Assembly: GCA_029855935.1 (NCBI GenBank)
Contig: JAGSHN010000027.1
Coordinates: 121,348 to 185,347, forward strand
Source: Candidatus Thorarchaeota archaeon
Lineage (GTDB): Archaea > Asgardarchaeota > Thorarchaeia > Thorarchaeales > Thorarchaeaceae
Length of the DNA: 64,000 nt
Direction: 5' to 3'
Position numbers and translations under genes: made by a program. The notes beneath the pieces are model-generated. The model worked only from the letters and a program-made list of their open reading frames with translations, did no database searches and was not told the origin of the DNA. This document shows, piece by piece, positions 49,537 to 60,236 of the stretch. Each line of letters begins with the position of its first letter. The first letter of the stretch is position 1.

Positions 49537-52500
49537 CTATTCCAGCTCGTCAAGATGCCGGCTATCGTCATCGCCCCCGTCGTCTGCCAATTTGTCAATG
49601 CTGTCATCCCAGTCCACTGGCAGACGTGACAGGGCCACGTTCATCCTATTTCGGACTACGACTCCGAGGAGAGTAATCATAGGAATACTGATGAAGACAG
49701 GCAATGGGGTAAGGCCGATTCCCAAGCTGGACCCCATTGTGCTCACGGCCACGCTCACCGAATTTGCCACGTCCCCGAGGACAGGAACATCTTCGATTGT
49801 GACATCTATGATGTATTCGCCCTCCGTTGGCGGTGAGAATGTTACAGGCAGCAGTGAACTGGATTCGATTGTTCGATCAAGAGTCTTGAGCAAAGAGCCG
49901 TCCGGACCAAAGATTGCCACCTGAAGACTAGTGTTCCACCCGGGTGCAACACCCGCGATCTCGATTGAGAGAGACACTCTCATCTCTTGGCCTGCAAAGG
50001 CGTTCTCAACACTGAGGACTTCAACTGTGACAGTGGGGCGGACCACAACCTCCATAGTCTCAGTGGTCGAGTTGAAGTCGTCAGATCCCGCATACTCCAC
50101 GCTCACAGTCAGTACGCCTGCCACAGGAGGATAGAACTCCGTCCGCACCGTACCAGTGATATCGGTCTCCTCCGTCAGGACAATCTCATCGCCATACTGG
50201 GGCCGGACCCTAATGACCAGCGTCGCACTGCCGATTCCTCCAAGCGGGCCCCTCAGTCGTGCAGAGACGGGAATGCTGGTCCCGAACTCAGACTCTGCGG
50301 GAATATCGACTTCCATCTCGGTGAGATATCGCACCCGCAGCACGACAGAGAGATTTGCCTGACTGTAGTAGCTGGTGCCGGAGAACACTGCCGTGAGAGT
50401 GTACTCTCCCGGCGTCCCAGGAGTCCACGTGATGTCAGCCTCCTCAATGTCAGTCAGGTTGAAGTCCAAGCCCGAGGTCAACACTCCACCAAGCAACTGC
50501 CGACCATCAGGGTCGAAGACACTCACCGTCAAATGGCCAGCCCACACGGTCGCGTTGAGGAGATCGTGGACCGCTATGACAACTTCGTGCTGCCAACCCA
50601 CAATACCCGGGAGATCCGACTCCAGCAGACAGAGGGCCGTTTCTGCAGTGACTGTGAAGTCTAGGGTGGCGGTTGAGCCCAGCCGCAGACTGGAACCGGG
50701 TACCGTGACGAGGAGGCTGTAGTCTCCAACATCGAGACCGCGAAGGCTCAGCTCTACACAGGTCTCATTGAGTATCAAGCGGGATGTCACATTCACAGGG
50801 TCCAATCCCCGCAGAAGTGTCACCGTCAGGCCAACCTCTGTGGGACCGAGAGGCACGCGGGACTCATCATAGACTCGAATCACAATCTCCTCGTCAGTAG
50901 AGCGGTGAATCGCCGTGGGTCCCGTTATCTCGGGAGAAGTGGTTCCCATCACGAACACCTCGACCACCGTGCTCGCCGGATGGTAGTGATCTGTGCCGTC
51001 AAAGACTATGAAGAGAGAGTAGTTGCCCATTAGCGGAAACTCGATTGTGAGGTTCTCCGGCGTGGTCCCGGACTGCACGAGGGCTCCCTCGATAAGCAGT
51101 CCCCTACTCTGATGATAGGCGAGATACCTCATCGTGAATCCCTCAAGAACTCCGCCATCGAGGTCGGTGAGCAGCAGGCTGAGCCTCAGTGGCACATCAC
51201 CCGCAACCACCTGCTCCTCTGAGATGTCGACCAGAACGACTCTCACCCCGAAGCGCACATCGATGGTTCTCTCCGCAGAGTCGGCAAGATACACTCCAAG
51301 GCCCTCGAAAGTGACCACAAAGTGCCACTCGCCCTCAGAGAGAAGCACCTGTTCCCACCTGCAGTACCCTGTCGCATTCGTTGCAACCGTCTCAGAGATC
51401 GTCGAACCGTCAGGGCCCTGGGCGAGGAAGGTGATGTTGCTTCCGCTCATTGGTGTGCCCGTGTGATCCAGAAGAAGTACTACGGCGCTCAGCGTGTCAC
51501 CCACCTCAAGATCGTCCGTGATGGACAGGATGGTCAGGTTTGTACGCGAATAGGCAATCCACTGACTGCTGAACGAGAAGGAATGAACGTATCTTGAGCC
51601 GGACGAGTCGACAAGCACAGTGTACAGACCGGGTTCGCTCACGGTGGTATCCACGGTCGCAATCCCGTCCACGGTCGTGATGGTCACGGCGTCCGACCAA
51701 GTGCCGAGTCGGACAGGGTCGCCGTACGGGTCGAGAAGCGAGATTGTCACGGACAGACCGTCAATCGCCCCGCCCAGCTCGTCATAGAGGTGGACATTCA
51801 GAACAACAGGCTCGGTAGCACAGGGCGGTTCGGGACTCACGACAACGTTCACTGTGGCGTCAGTCATCACGGTCAGCTGCTGCTGTACGTCGCCGCCCAA
51901 CATGTACTGGTCATCCGCAGGACCAGCCCGAGCAACGAGCGGGCCCACTGCCATGTCGACAGTGACCATTGCCGACACGTACCCGGTGCTGTTCGTGGTC
52001 AGTGATGAGGACCACACCGGAACGAGGTCTACTCCAAGCAGTTCGACCAACACCGTGATGCCCGCGCAGTCTGCGGCGTCCAGCCTATACGTGAGGTCGA
52101 CCGAGTCTGCGAACTCTATGCTCTCGGAGGACAGTATGAGCTGGCCATCTACAATCTCCATCACCGAGACCGACGCAGAGGAGGAGTTCTGATGATAGTA
52201 ATCATCGCCCAGATGCATTGCGATCACTGTGATTCGACCCCGCAAGTTCAGCACCCACTCGACCACGACAGGAACATTGGAGGTCACAATTGTCTCTTCG
52301 TGGAGAGACACTCCGTCCTGCTCAAACCGCACACTCACATTCCTTCCCACAACGGGATCACCGACCTCGTCGGTGACATAGACGCTGACGCGCAGTGTGT
52401 CGTTTGAATAGGAGGAGATGGGTGCCTCAAGGAACACGTCGGGGACACAGTATATCCTCAGGGGGATGCTGGTCTGGGAGGCGGCATTTGTATCATCTCC

Positions 52501-55500
52501 TGAGAACGTGACATTGATGACAAAATCGCCAACAGTACTCATCTCGAAGAGGAATGAAACACTACCGTCCTGCGCAGTCTGTCCAGTGGAGGACAGGTAC
52601 AGCGTGCCATTCGACCACAGAATCTCTGTGCGAATGGTGGCACCTACGAGCGCAGAGTCCCTCCAGTCCGTCAGAACGACGAGAATACCGACCGTCGAGT
52701 TCTGCAGGACAGGTGCCTGAGGTGCGTCAACAGAGAGGGTCGTGATCCCCAGCACATGTACGTTGGCCGAGCTCTTGGAGGCACTGAGGTAGCCCTGGGC
52801 TGGCACGGAGATGTTGACCTGCAACTCGCCAGGATGGGTGAGATTGAGTCCAACCAAGATGGTGCCTGTTGGGTCTGTCACATTGTCGGCCTTGAGTATG
52901 AGGGTAGCATCAAGATGCACCTCAATCTCCACAGTGCAATTTGAGATTGCCTCACCAAGACTGTCAGTCAGAGAAACACTTACGGTGGAGCGGCCTGGTG
53001 CAACGGGATTCTTGGGCATATCAATCATCATTGCAGCCGTGTCGGACACCGCAATCGAGGTGTTCGTCATAGAGGAGGCGTACCAGCCCTGCTGAGGTAT
53101 GACCACAACAACTGCGGCCTCACCGCGCTGACCGGGTGTCCAATTGGCCCTGGCGATGCCCGAGTCCGTGACCAAGAGTGCTGCCACCTCGGCAACACCA
53201 CTCGGTCCCGTCACGGTGACGTTGGTCTGAAGCTGGTCAACTGGGTCTCCCAGGTTGTCCTCTACTGTCACCACGATGATGGATATCTCTCCCACAGAGG
53301 GTGCTGGGTCGACAGTGATCGTGACAGTCAGGGGGATGTACACACTGACAATGGATGATGTCGACGATGGCCCGAGCGAGGGTGAGCCCGCGTAGGAGCC
53401 CGCAACCTCGTATTGTCCCGCTGTCTCAGTCGACCACACAAATGTGGCCACGCCATTGTCATCTGTCGTGACGTCTGTCTCAAGGACGACAGTGGAGGGG
53501 AGGAACGTGACCGTCACGTGAATGATCTGACCAACCACCCGCACACCTGCAGTGTCGGTGAGATTGAATCGAGTCGTGAGCGTGTCGGTCACGAGTGCCT
53601 CCCCGGGAAGACCTGTCGCCGTCAGGGTGGTGACTGAATACGACGTGAACTCGGAGGAGTTGGAGGCCTTGGTGTAGTAGTCTTCGCCTCCAAACTCCGC
53701 TGAGAACACGTACTGGCCATTCTCGCCTAGATATGCTGTGATGGAGGCCAGTCCCAGCTCATTGGTTCTCAGGGGGGCGACCACTACAGTCTGGGAGCTG
53801 GGCGAGACAAGCTTGAGGGTGATGTCGAGGCCAGAGACTACCCCTCCTGAGGAGTCTCTAATGCGCACCTCTAGCGTCACGTTAGTGTACTGATCGTACT
53901 GCCCTGCATTTAGCATCTCGATGACGACTGGTTCCTCCACTACGATCTGGCCGCTCGTCTCTGACGGGGCAAGACTCCGGTTTCCATCGAACGTTATGGT
54001 GAAGTTGTAGACACCTCTTTCCCCCGGCGTCCACACGAATGCACCTGTTCGGTCGTCGGCCGAATAGACGGGCGAACCATTGGAGTCTGTGATTGTGATG
54101 TGAACCCATTGCCCAGAGAGAGCTGAGTCGTTGGCCAAGACTCGTAGTGTCCAGTTCACTGACACAGCGTCGCCCAAGAGGGTCGTGAGGTTCGACAAGG
54201 TCTCAACATAGGTGGGCTCCGGCTCAAACAGCTCAAGCCAATCTGACAGTATGAGGGAGTCACAGTAAGGTCGCTCAAGGAGCACCGACAGGTTGTATCG
54301 TCCGGCCGTCAGATTGTCAGTGGGTAGACTCAGCACGAGAGGCGACGCATTGCAATAGGACCACTGGTGAGCGCCGTCGGCTCCGGTGAGTGACACCGTT
54401 GCATTCGTTGTTCCAGCTGGCCGGCCAGTCGTGAGCTCCCAGCTCACAAGACCTGTTATCGGGCTGCCGATGCGATAGTCGTGTCTATCGAGAGCCATCT
54501 CGCCCGTGAGCGTACCGTTGACTGTCGTCTCCAGGCGACTAGTTGCCCAGATGGCACCATAGTCCTCCACCCGTAGATACAGCACTGCCGGTCCGAGATC
54601 ATCAGCGTCGTCCGGGACGTGGATGACCAGATTGTCCTTCGGACTCACGTTCCCAAATGACGACCATTGCCCGAACGCATAGAGAACAACGGTGGAGTTG
54701 CCCGGGCTTGACGAGATTGATACATTGATGTCCGCAGTGGATCCTAGATGAACGACTGTTTCGACAACTGCTGAGAGCGACCGGGGGTCTGGCTCCCACG
54801 CCTTGACCCGAAGACCCAGTACCGAGAGCATCCGCGAGATGATGCTGGTGTACAGTGGCTGGTATAGGATTGTCGCGTTGAACCACCCTGTGTCCTTCAT
54901 CGACGGACCAAGAGATGAGAGGGCCGCATCGGGGTCAATCACGCTGGCGACGTCAATGGAGATTAGCCCAGAGGATGCCAGCAGTCCCACAGTCAATGAG
55001 TCGAACCCGACTGCCAGAAGGTCGGAGTAGTTGATGCGTGCTTGGATTGTGGAGATAATCTGTGAGGCCATACTGCTGTTCAGGAGACCCAGTCGTAGGG
55101 CCGCCCGGGTCGACAGGTAGTCTATGGCCTGAGGGACTCGACAATACGGACGAAGGGTCCAACCGTCCCGCGACCAGTAGCCATCGCGATACTCTGCCAG
55201 TACGGCTGCTCTCAGCTCATCGGGATAGGGAATCTTCGACAATGAGCCCATCAGGTACAGCGTCTCGACTGCTGCAACAGAGTATTGCATATGAGCGGGA
55301 CCGGGCAGACGTGCATTCCTGAAGTGGCCATCGGCGCTCTGCGAGCCGGTGAGATAGTCAATCACATCAGATCTCTCAGCGGCAGTCAGCTCACGATACA
55401 GATGGTATGACGACTCCACACCAAAGTACTGTGTCCACACGCTCTTCATTCGAAACTGGCTCGGCGAGAACTCGGGTGAGGCGAGGAAGGACATGTTGGA

Positions 55501-57552
55501 GGAGCTCGGATACTCGCTCCAACTCGAGAATGAGTCGAGGAAACTGAAGATGGCCTGGGTATCGACAATCCTGCCTGCGTGCGTGTATCTGCCAAGCTGC
55601 GTCATCCAGTACGTGTTCATCAGCGAGGGCACGCATTCCATCACCTCGAAGCCAGCCTCGGTCTCCACGGAGTTCACGTAGGTGATTATTCCGTCTCTGA
55701 GTAGAGCATCGTCCGCCCCAGTCTCATTGAGGGCCATTGCAACATACGACGTGTCAAGCGTCTTGGCTACCAGGTCGCTTGTCATCGATCCGAGGCCAAA
55801 GCCGCCCGACGCAAGCTGGTTCGCACGGAACCACTCGATGGCGGCCGTCCTGTTTGAGGGCGACAGAGTTCCCATAACAGACATCGCAGTGATGGCCGAT
55901 GCCGTCCCCACTGTCACCTCAACACCCGGATTCATGGTGTCACTGAACGATCCGTCACCCTCGGAGGTCTGGGAGAGTATCCAGTCCGTGAGTTTCGCCG
56001 GGTCGTTGTGGGATGTGCCGAGTATCTGCAAGGAGAGAACAAGCGCACGTGCGTACGAGTTCTTTGGCGTGATTGACGAGGGATTCTGTGCGACACCACC
56101 CCACCGCTCCGGCTCGCTTGTCTTGCTCCCATCGATCACGCAGTCTCGTAGCCAGGACTCAGCAGCAGCTGTGTCAATCTTGTTGAGCGCGCTGGCTGCC
56201 CTGAGCGCCTCCAACACGCAATGAGTAGTCAGTATGTCACTCCCGAAGCCGCCGTCAACATCCTGACGAGATGAGATGTACGAGATGATTGAGTTGACAT
56301 CAAAGCGGTCGGTGAGAGAGAGGAGCTGAATCAGGTAGAGGCCACGAGATGCGCTCAACACGTCAGCTGCTGTGTCAGCCTGTGTGGGAGCAAACCCGGT
56401 CTCAGATGCCCCCGACACAGTCATCGACTGGAGCAACGCAGCAATCGAGTCCTGGTGATTGCTGAGCCACACCGTCCAGTTGATGTCGGACAAGCTGGAA
56501 CGCATTGCGCGCACAGAGTAGTACAGGGCCTCCATTGTGGCCTCGTGCGGATAGAACATACCGCCCTCAGGCTCCCGTCCAAGTACCTGCCACTCGCTGA
56601 GTCTCTGCGCAGTAGACGACTCAGCAATTGAGGCCGCAAGGGATATCACATTGATGGTGAGGTTCTGGCCCGAGGACGTGAGGTAGTCCGGATTTTCCAT
56701 GGCAAGGAGGAACGTGTCCAGCGGCTGGGAGTCATGCCTTAGTGGTGCGAGCAGAGCCGGATCACTGCTGCCAGTGAGATTGACAAGTCGGGACTCCTCA
56801 GTCTGCACTGCATCCACGGGAAGCCGTAGACTGGCCTCGGATGTCAGTTCCGACGGAACATCGACTTTGTTGGGCCAAGAAAGGAAGACAGCGTCCTCAA
56901 GACCTGGAGTAGTGTTGTATACCCACGTCTCGGCCAATGCCGTTTCCAGTGGGGGAGCAAGACCCTGCAGCCGATGCTCCAGCCACGCCGCACGGCCCAG
57001 AAGGACTATAGGCAGATCGGCCCTCACAAGATTGTCGAGCACGGTCTGAGAGAGCTCGCTGCCATTGCCGGACCCTGTGCTGGGGTCGAGAACGACTACT
57101 GCACCGGAGTCCAGCAGTGATGCGTTCGCCTCGATCTGCGAGTCAGTCACGACTCGGCTGACAATCCCGGAGCCCTCTATGAGAGACGCCCACGCCACTG
57201 CACGTGAGACAACGTCTCCACCCACGTGCTCAACAACAAGACACACACGACCATCAAAAGGCACAGGGGGTTCGGCGCTGGGACTGTAGGAACCATCCCT
57301 GAGAGGCCCTATCTGGGTGGAACGTACCGATGACGAGTCCGTGATTGGCCACATTGGGCCCCGCCCTCCGCCCAGGGCGCTCACGCAGATCAGTGACAGA
57401 AGCAGCACCACGCCCAGCAGGCGTACGGGGCCGGATGCGCGCCGAACAATGTTGGGTGAGGGTCTCCGGGACCGGCTCTGATGGCCGGGAAGCATCCGTG
57501 GGTGTGGTCTTCGAGACCGGTCCCGGATTTGGTTGAGTGTTGATTCTGTCAT
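49537..57552 (-). CDS. Giant (2671 aa) surface protein: prenyltransferase/squalene-cyclase-like alpha/alpha repeats + many Ig-like repeats + C-terminal TM
   Basis: Signal-like LLGVVLLLSLICVSAL; QxxDGGF-type repeats (RQDVDGGFG, NQLASGGFG, SQSADGHF); recurring Y/F-x4-F-x-G-x3-Y-x2-S Ig motifs; TM + acidic tail. Confidence 0.85.
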   Translation of the reverse strand: MTESTLNQIRDRSRRPHPRMLPGHQSRSRRPSPNIVRRASGPVRLLGVVLLLSLICVSALGGGRGPMWPITDSSSVRSTQIGPLRDGSYSPSAEPPVPFDGRVCLVVEHVGGDVVSRAVAWASLIEGSGIVSRVVTDSQIEANASLLDSGAVVVLDPSTGSGNGSELSQTVLDNLVRADLPIVLLGRAAWLEHRLQGLAPPLETALAETWVYNTTPGLEDAVFLSWPNKVDVPSELTSEASLRLPVDAVQTEESRLVNLTGSSDPALLAPLRHDSQPLDTFLLAMENPDYLTSSGQNLTINVISLAASIAESSTAQRLSEWQVLGREPEGGMFYPHEATMEALYYSVRAMRSSLSDINWTVWLSNHQDSIAALLQSMTVSGASETGFAPTQADTAADVLSASRGLYLIQLLSLTDRFDVNSIISYISSRQDVDGGFGSDILTTHCVLEALRAASALNKIDTAAAESWLRDCVIDGSKTSEPERWGGVAQNPSSITPKNSYARALVLSLQILGTSHNDPAKLTDWILSQTSEGDGSFSDTMNPGVEVTVGTASAITAMSVMGTLSPSNRTAAIEWFRANQLASGGFGLGSMTSDLVAKTLDTSYVAMALNETGADDALLRDGIITYVNSVETEAGFEVMECVPSLMNTYWMTQLGRYTHAGRIVDTQAIFSFLDSFSSWSEYPSSSNMSFLASPEFSPSQFRMKSVWTQYFGVESSYHLYRELTAAERSDVIDYLTGSQSADGHFRNARLPGPAHMQYSVAAVETLYLMGSLSKIPYPDELRAAVLAEYRDGYWSRDGWTLRPYCRVPQAIDYLSTRAALRLGLLNSSMASQIISTIQARINYSDLLAVGFDSLTVGLLASSGLISIDVASVIDPDAALSSLGPSMKDTGWFNATILYQPLYTSIISRMLSVLGLRVKAWEPDPRSLSAVVETVVHLGSTADINVSISSSPGNSTVVLYAFGQWSSFGNVSPKDNLVIHVPDDADDLGPAVLYLRVEDYGAIWATSRLETTVNGTLTGEMALDRHDYRIGSPITGLVSWELTTGRPAGTTNATVSLTGADGAHQWSYCNASPLVLSLPTDNLTAGRYNLSVLLERPYCDSLILSDWLELFEPEPTYVETLSNLTTLLGDAVSVNWTLRVLANDSALSGQWVHITITDSNGSPVYSADDRTGAFVWTPGERGVYNFTITFDGNRSLAPSETSGQIVVEEPVVIEMLNAGQYDQYTNVTLEVRIRDSSGGVVSGLDITLKLVSPSSQTVVVAPLRTNELGLASITAYLGENGQYVFSAEFGGEDYYTKASNSSEFTSYSVTTLTATGLPGEALVTDTLTTRFNLTDTAGVRVVGQIIHVTVTFLPSTVVLETDVTTDDNGVATFVWSTETAGQYEVAGSYAGSPSLGPSSTSSIVSVYIPLTVTITVDPAPSVGEISIIVVTVEDNLGDPVDQLQTNVTVTGPSGVAEVAALLVTDSGIARANWTPGQRGEAAVVVVIPQQGWYASSMTNTSIAVSDTAAMMIDMPKNPVAPGRSTVSVSLTDSLGEAISNCTVEIEVHLDATLILKADNVTDPTGTILVGLNLTHPGELQVNISVPAQGYLSASKSSANVHVLGITTLSVDAPQAPVLQNSTVGILVVLTDWRDSALVGATIRTEILWSNGTLYLSSTGQTAQDGSVSFLFEMSTVGDFVINVTFSGDDTNAASQTSIPLRIYCVPDVFLEAPISSYSNDTLRVSVYVTDEVGDPVVGRNVSVRFEQDGVSLHEETIVTSNVPVVVEWVLNLRGRITVIAMHLGDDYYHQNSSSASVSVMEIVDGQLILSSESIEFADSVDLTYRLDAADCAGITVLVELLGVDLVPVWSSSLTTNSTGYVSAMVTVDMAVGPLVARAGPADDQYMLGGDVQQQLTVMTDATVNVVVSPEPPCATEPVVLNVHLYDELGGAIDGLSVTISLLDPYGDPVRLGTWSDAVTITTVDGIATVDTTVSEPGLYTVLVDSSGSRYVHSFSFSSQWIAYSRTNLTILSITDDLEVGDTLSAVVLLLDHTGTPMSGSNITFLAQGPDGSTISETVATNATGYCRWEQVLLSEGEWHFVVTFEGLGVYLADSAERTIDVRFGVRVVLVDISEEQVVAGDVPLRLSLLLTDLDGGVLEGFTMRYLAYHQSRGLLIEGALVQSGTTPENLTIEFPLMGNYSLFIVFDGTDHYHPASTVVEVFVMGTTSPEITGPTAIHRSTDEEIVIRVYDESRVPLGPTEVGLTVTLLRGLDPVNVTSRLILNETCVELSLRGLDVGDYSLLVTVPGSSLRLGSTATLDFTVTAETALCLLESDLPGIVGWQHEVVIAVHDLLNATVWAGHLTVSVFDPDGRQLLGGVLTSGLDFNLTDIEEADITWTPGTPGEYTLTAVFSGTSYYSQANLSVVLRVRYLTEMEVDIPAESEFGTSIPVSARLRGPLGGIGSATLVIRVRPQYGDEIVLTEETDITGTVRTEFYPPVAGVLTVSVEYAGSDDFNSTTETMEVVVRPTVTVEVLSVENAFAGQEMRVSLSIEIAGVAPGWNTSLQVAIFGPDGSLLKTLDRTIESSSLLPVTFSPPTEGEYIIDVTIEDVPVLGDVANSVSVAVSTMGSSLGIGLTPLPVFISIPMITLLGVVVRNRMNVALSRLPVDWDDSIDKLADDGGDDDSRHLDELE

Positions 57553-58155
57553 CTAGACGAGCACCCCCAGAGCGCGGATGTACACGACCGCAACGAGAAG
57601 CGAGACAATTCCCAGCTCGACCGTACCACTTCGAGGATGACTCTGCAATGATGTCCTGAGCAGGTTGAGGTCCCCGCCACGGACACAGGAATTGAGAAGG
57701 ATTGCAAGGCCAAGGTACCACGCAGCGGCAACGAGAGGCGCCGCCATCTCGACGATCGTGGTCACTATGAGTAGCATCATTCCTGCGTACACGGAGAGGG
57801 TGAGCGTAACGAGCAGAGCGACGACCACAACGCCAACCCGGGGCGGACGTTCAACAACGACATATGGATTGAACTCCAAGAACGTCGTGTCAAGTCCGAT
57901 GTCCCCGAGCTCGATGCCCATCAAGCGTGACACGGCATATCTGATGGCAATTGTCGCAGCCATTCCAGGAGCCGTCAGCCATGAGAAGACCGATAGCCAG
58001 CGACTCCGTGTCCACGTGGCGAACGATCTCTTGCGACCGCTGAGAAGCAGGAGGCTTCTGACAATTGAGGCCACGGCCACGATGATGGGCATCAGGACAA
58101 ATGCAAGGATGAAGGTACCGACCAGCATTGTCGATATGTTAACGCCCACCATCAT
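57553..58155 (-). CDS. Membrane protein resembling an inactivated DUF3267/M50-like zincin
   Basis: APGMAATIAIRYAVSRLMGIEL aligns with the PGxxxHExxH..G pattern but lacks H/E/H; C-terminal WYLGLAILLNSCVRGGD. Confidence 0.55.
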   Translation of the reverse strand: MMVGVNISTMLVGTFILAFVLMPIIVAVASIVRSLLLLSGRKRSFATWTRSRWLSVFSWLTAPGMAATIAIRYAVSRLMGIELGDIGLDTTFLEFNPYVVVERPPRVGVVVVALLVTLTLSVYAGMMLLIVTTIVEMAAPLVAAAWYLGLAILLNSCVRGGDLNLLRTSLQSHPRSGTVELGIVSLLVAVVYIRALGVLV

Positions 58156-58290
58156 ACATTCATCTCGCTACTCTGTCACAGAAGCGATTGAGCAGTCTGC
58201 AATGAAAGACTTGACTCACACTCATCGTGAGCAGGCATAGTCCCCCATCTTCCAGAAACGACAGGCATAGATGCATAACAGTCTTGCCAA

Positions 58291-60231
58291 GTGATAACAG
58301 CTCGAATTCTTCGGGATACATTTATTGGAGGAGCGCGCCACCAAGTTCTCTGCAAGTATGACCAGGAGAGGTCGGAGAGTATGGCCCCTTCAGTGACGCC
58401 ATCAACAGCGGGATGGATACAGCCAGGCCAGATGCATTCGGACCGTGCCATCTACAGGACGATTGCACTTCTGACAGGGCGGTCAAGGGAGATGGGTGCG
58501 ACTGATGCTGAGGTGTTTGAAACAACACACTGCAGGCTCCGTTGGGAGGAGGACGATGTCAGTCCAGACATGCTCAGGTGGCGACTTGGGAGCGAGCGCG
58601 TGACGCAGCGGTTCCGGGGACCAGAACGACCACTGCAGCCGAGGGGATCGACCCTGAGAGAACGGGTCATGTCACTACTACCAACCACTATGGAACCCAC
58701 AGAGGCAACGAGCGTGGCACTCAGCCTTGGACACATCGCGGCAGAGGACATCACTCCTGTAGGTAGAATAGCCTATGACGGGCTTGACCTGCTGGCCAAT
58801 GCCCTCGTTGTCATCTCTGGGGCTGCCAGGTCCATCGGAGCACGGGTTGCTTGGCTTGAGGGAGTCTGGGAGTACTACGTTCAACGTGCAGTCAGAAACG
58901 CGACGAAGGACCTCCAGGCACTACCGGATGGAGTAGCCGTCCGTGACCTCGTCGAGAGGATCAACTCCCACGTGGAGAGACTGACTCAGGATGCACCCAA
59001 CCACCCGACTGTGGCTCTGTTGACGAGTTGGAGGGGCCTGCTCACGTCATATTCTTCGAGAGAGCAGGTCCCCGACCATATACGAGCGAAAATCCGTGCC
59101 AGTGCTCGTGAGGCACTGCGTAGACAAGAGGTACGGCTCGTCGAGTGGGCGTCCCCCACACCAAGAGTGGACTCCATCGTGTTGATACAACACGACCCCC
59201 TTGTCCGCACCTTGAGGGAGAACATCTGCGTCCTCAGAGATAGGCGCGTCCTCAGCCTGCTGAAGCTATTGAGAGGAGTGACTGACCCACACAGACCAAC
59301 TCAGCATGATGTAATTGAGGCCACAGGGCTGGCGCGATCAAATGCCATCAGATGGTCATCGCAAATCGCGCCCTATCTATCGCGGGGATGCGTATTGTCG
59401 GTGGAACGCCTTGGGCTGCAGTACAGATACGTCATCTCGCGTCGTGGCTACACGCGTCGCACAACCTCTCCGACCGTGGCGAAGATGGTCGCGACAAGAG
59501 GACGTCATGTGAACGTATTGCTTGAGGCGGGCAGCGAAGAATCCGATCAGGAACGAGAGAGAGAGGGCTTCGCAGTCAACCGCGAGACGCTTACAATGAA
59601 CCTTGGCGCGTTTGACCCAGACACTGGGGACTGGCGAGACCCGTGGTCGAGAACTCGGGCCTCACGCAACGAGGATACAATCATCACTGCATCCACCACC
59701 ACGGGTGAGAGGATTGAGCCCATTGGTCCCGCCACACTGGCTGCCCTATCTCTGCTGTGGTCCCAGACCGCATTCAAGAGATACTTCGACTGGCTGGTGG
59801 GCGTTGTCGGCCCCTCACGCAGTACGATATCGTCGACCTACAAGAGAATTGTAGCCGAAGGACTTGCGTCCTTTGTGTATCTTCCGGACATAGAGTACGT
59901 GTCCCTACCAGAGGCCCTGCTGGTCGCAGCCCGGGGATTGACTCCTTCAGAGTCGCAAAAGGCCAGCGCGTGGCTGGCCAGGACGTGCCCCTTCGTCCGG
60001 GTGCTGACAGGAGAGAGGAAGGACGGTCGCAGAAGGATGACAATTGTCGCTGAGGCCAGATTGCCGAGAGAGTCTGCTGGTGTGATAGCCGGGGCCGTTG
60101 CCCAGAAACTTGGCCAAATGAGCGATGATGTTGTTGTAGAGAGGATTCGCCGTTACAAGACATATCGCTACTCAGCATTGTTCAGGTCGTACAACGCGCG
60201 AACAAAGACCTTCGGCCAGAGAAGGAGGTAG
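58291..60231 (+). CDS. Large protein with tandem wHTH/Lrp-like modules (distant paralog of 47537-49528)
   Basis: TQHDVIEATGLARSNAIRW..ERLGL, NLGAFDPDTGDW, GPSRSTISSTYKRIVAEGL. True start probably downstream of 58291. Confidence 0.6.
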   Translation: MITARILRDTFIGGARHQVLCKYDQERSESMAPSVTPSTAGWIQPGQMHSDRAIYRTIALLTGRSREMGATDAEVFETTHCRLRWEEDDVSPDMLRWRLGSERVTQRFRGPERPLQPRGSTLRERVMSLLPTTMEPTEATSVALSLGHIAAEDITPVGRIAYDGLDLLANALVVISGAARSIGARVAWLEGVWEYYVQRAVRNATKDLQALPDGVAVRDLVERINSHVERLTQDAPNHPTVALLTSWRGLLTSYSSREQVPDHIRAKIRASAREALRRQEVRLVEWASPTPRVDSIVLIQHDPLVRTLRENICVLRDRRVLSLLKLLRGVTDPHRPTQHDVIEATGLARSNAIRWSSQIAPYLSRGCVLSVERLGLQYRYVISRRGYTRRTTSPTVAKMVATRGRHVNVLLEAGSEESDQEREREGFAVNRETLTMNLGAFDPDTGDWRDPWSRTRASRNEDTIITASTTTGERIEPIGPATLAALSLLWSQTAFKRYFDWLVGVVGPSRSTISSTYKRIVAEGLASFVYLPDIEYVSLPEALLVAARGLTPSESQKASAWLARTCPFVRVLTGERKDGRRRMTIVAEARLPRESAGVIAGAVAQKLGQMSDDVVVERIRRYKTYRYSALFRSYNARTKTFGQRRR

Positions 60232-60236
60232 TGCTC

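Noticed and set aside
49537-57552. Alpha-2-macroglobulin thioester protein or active squalene-hopene cyclase
   Set aside because: No CGEQ thioester or DxDD catalytic motif was found in the barrel region.
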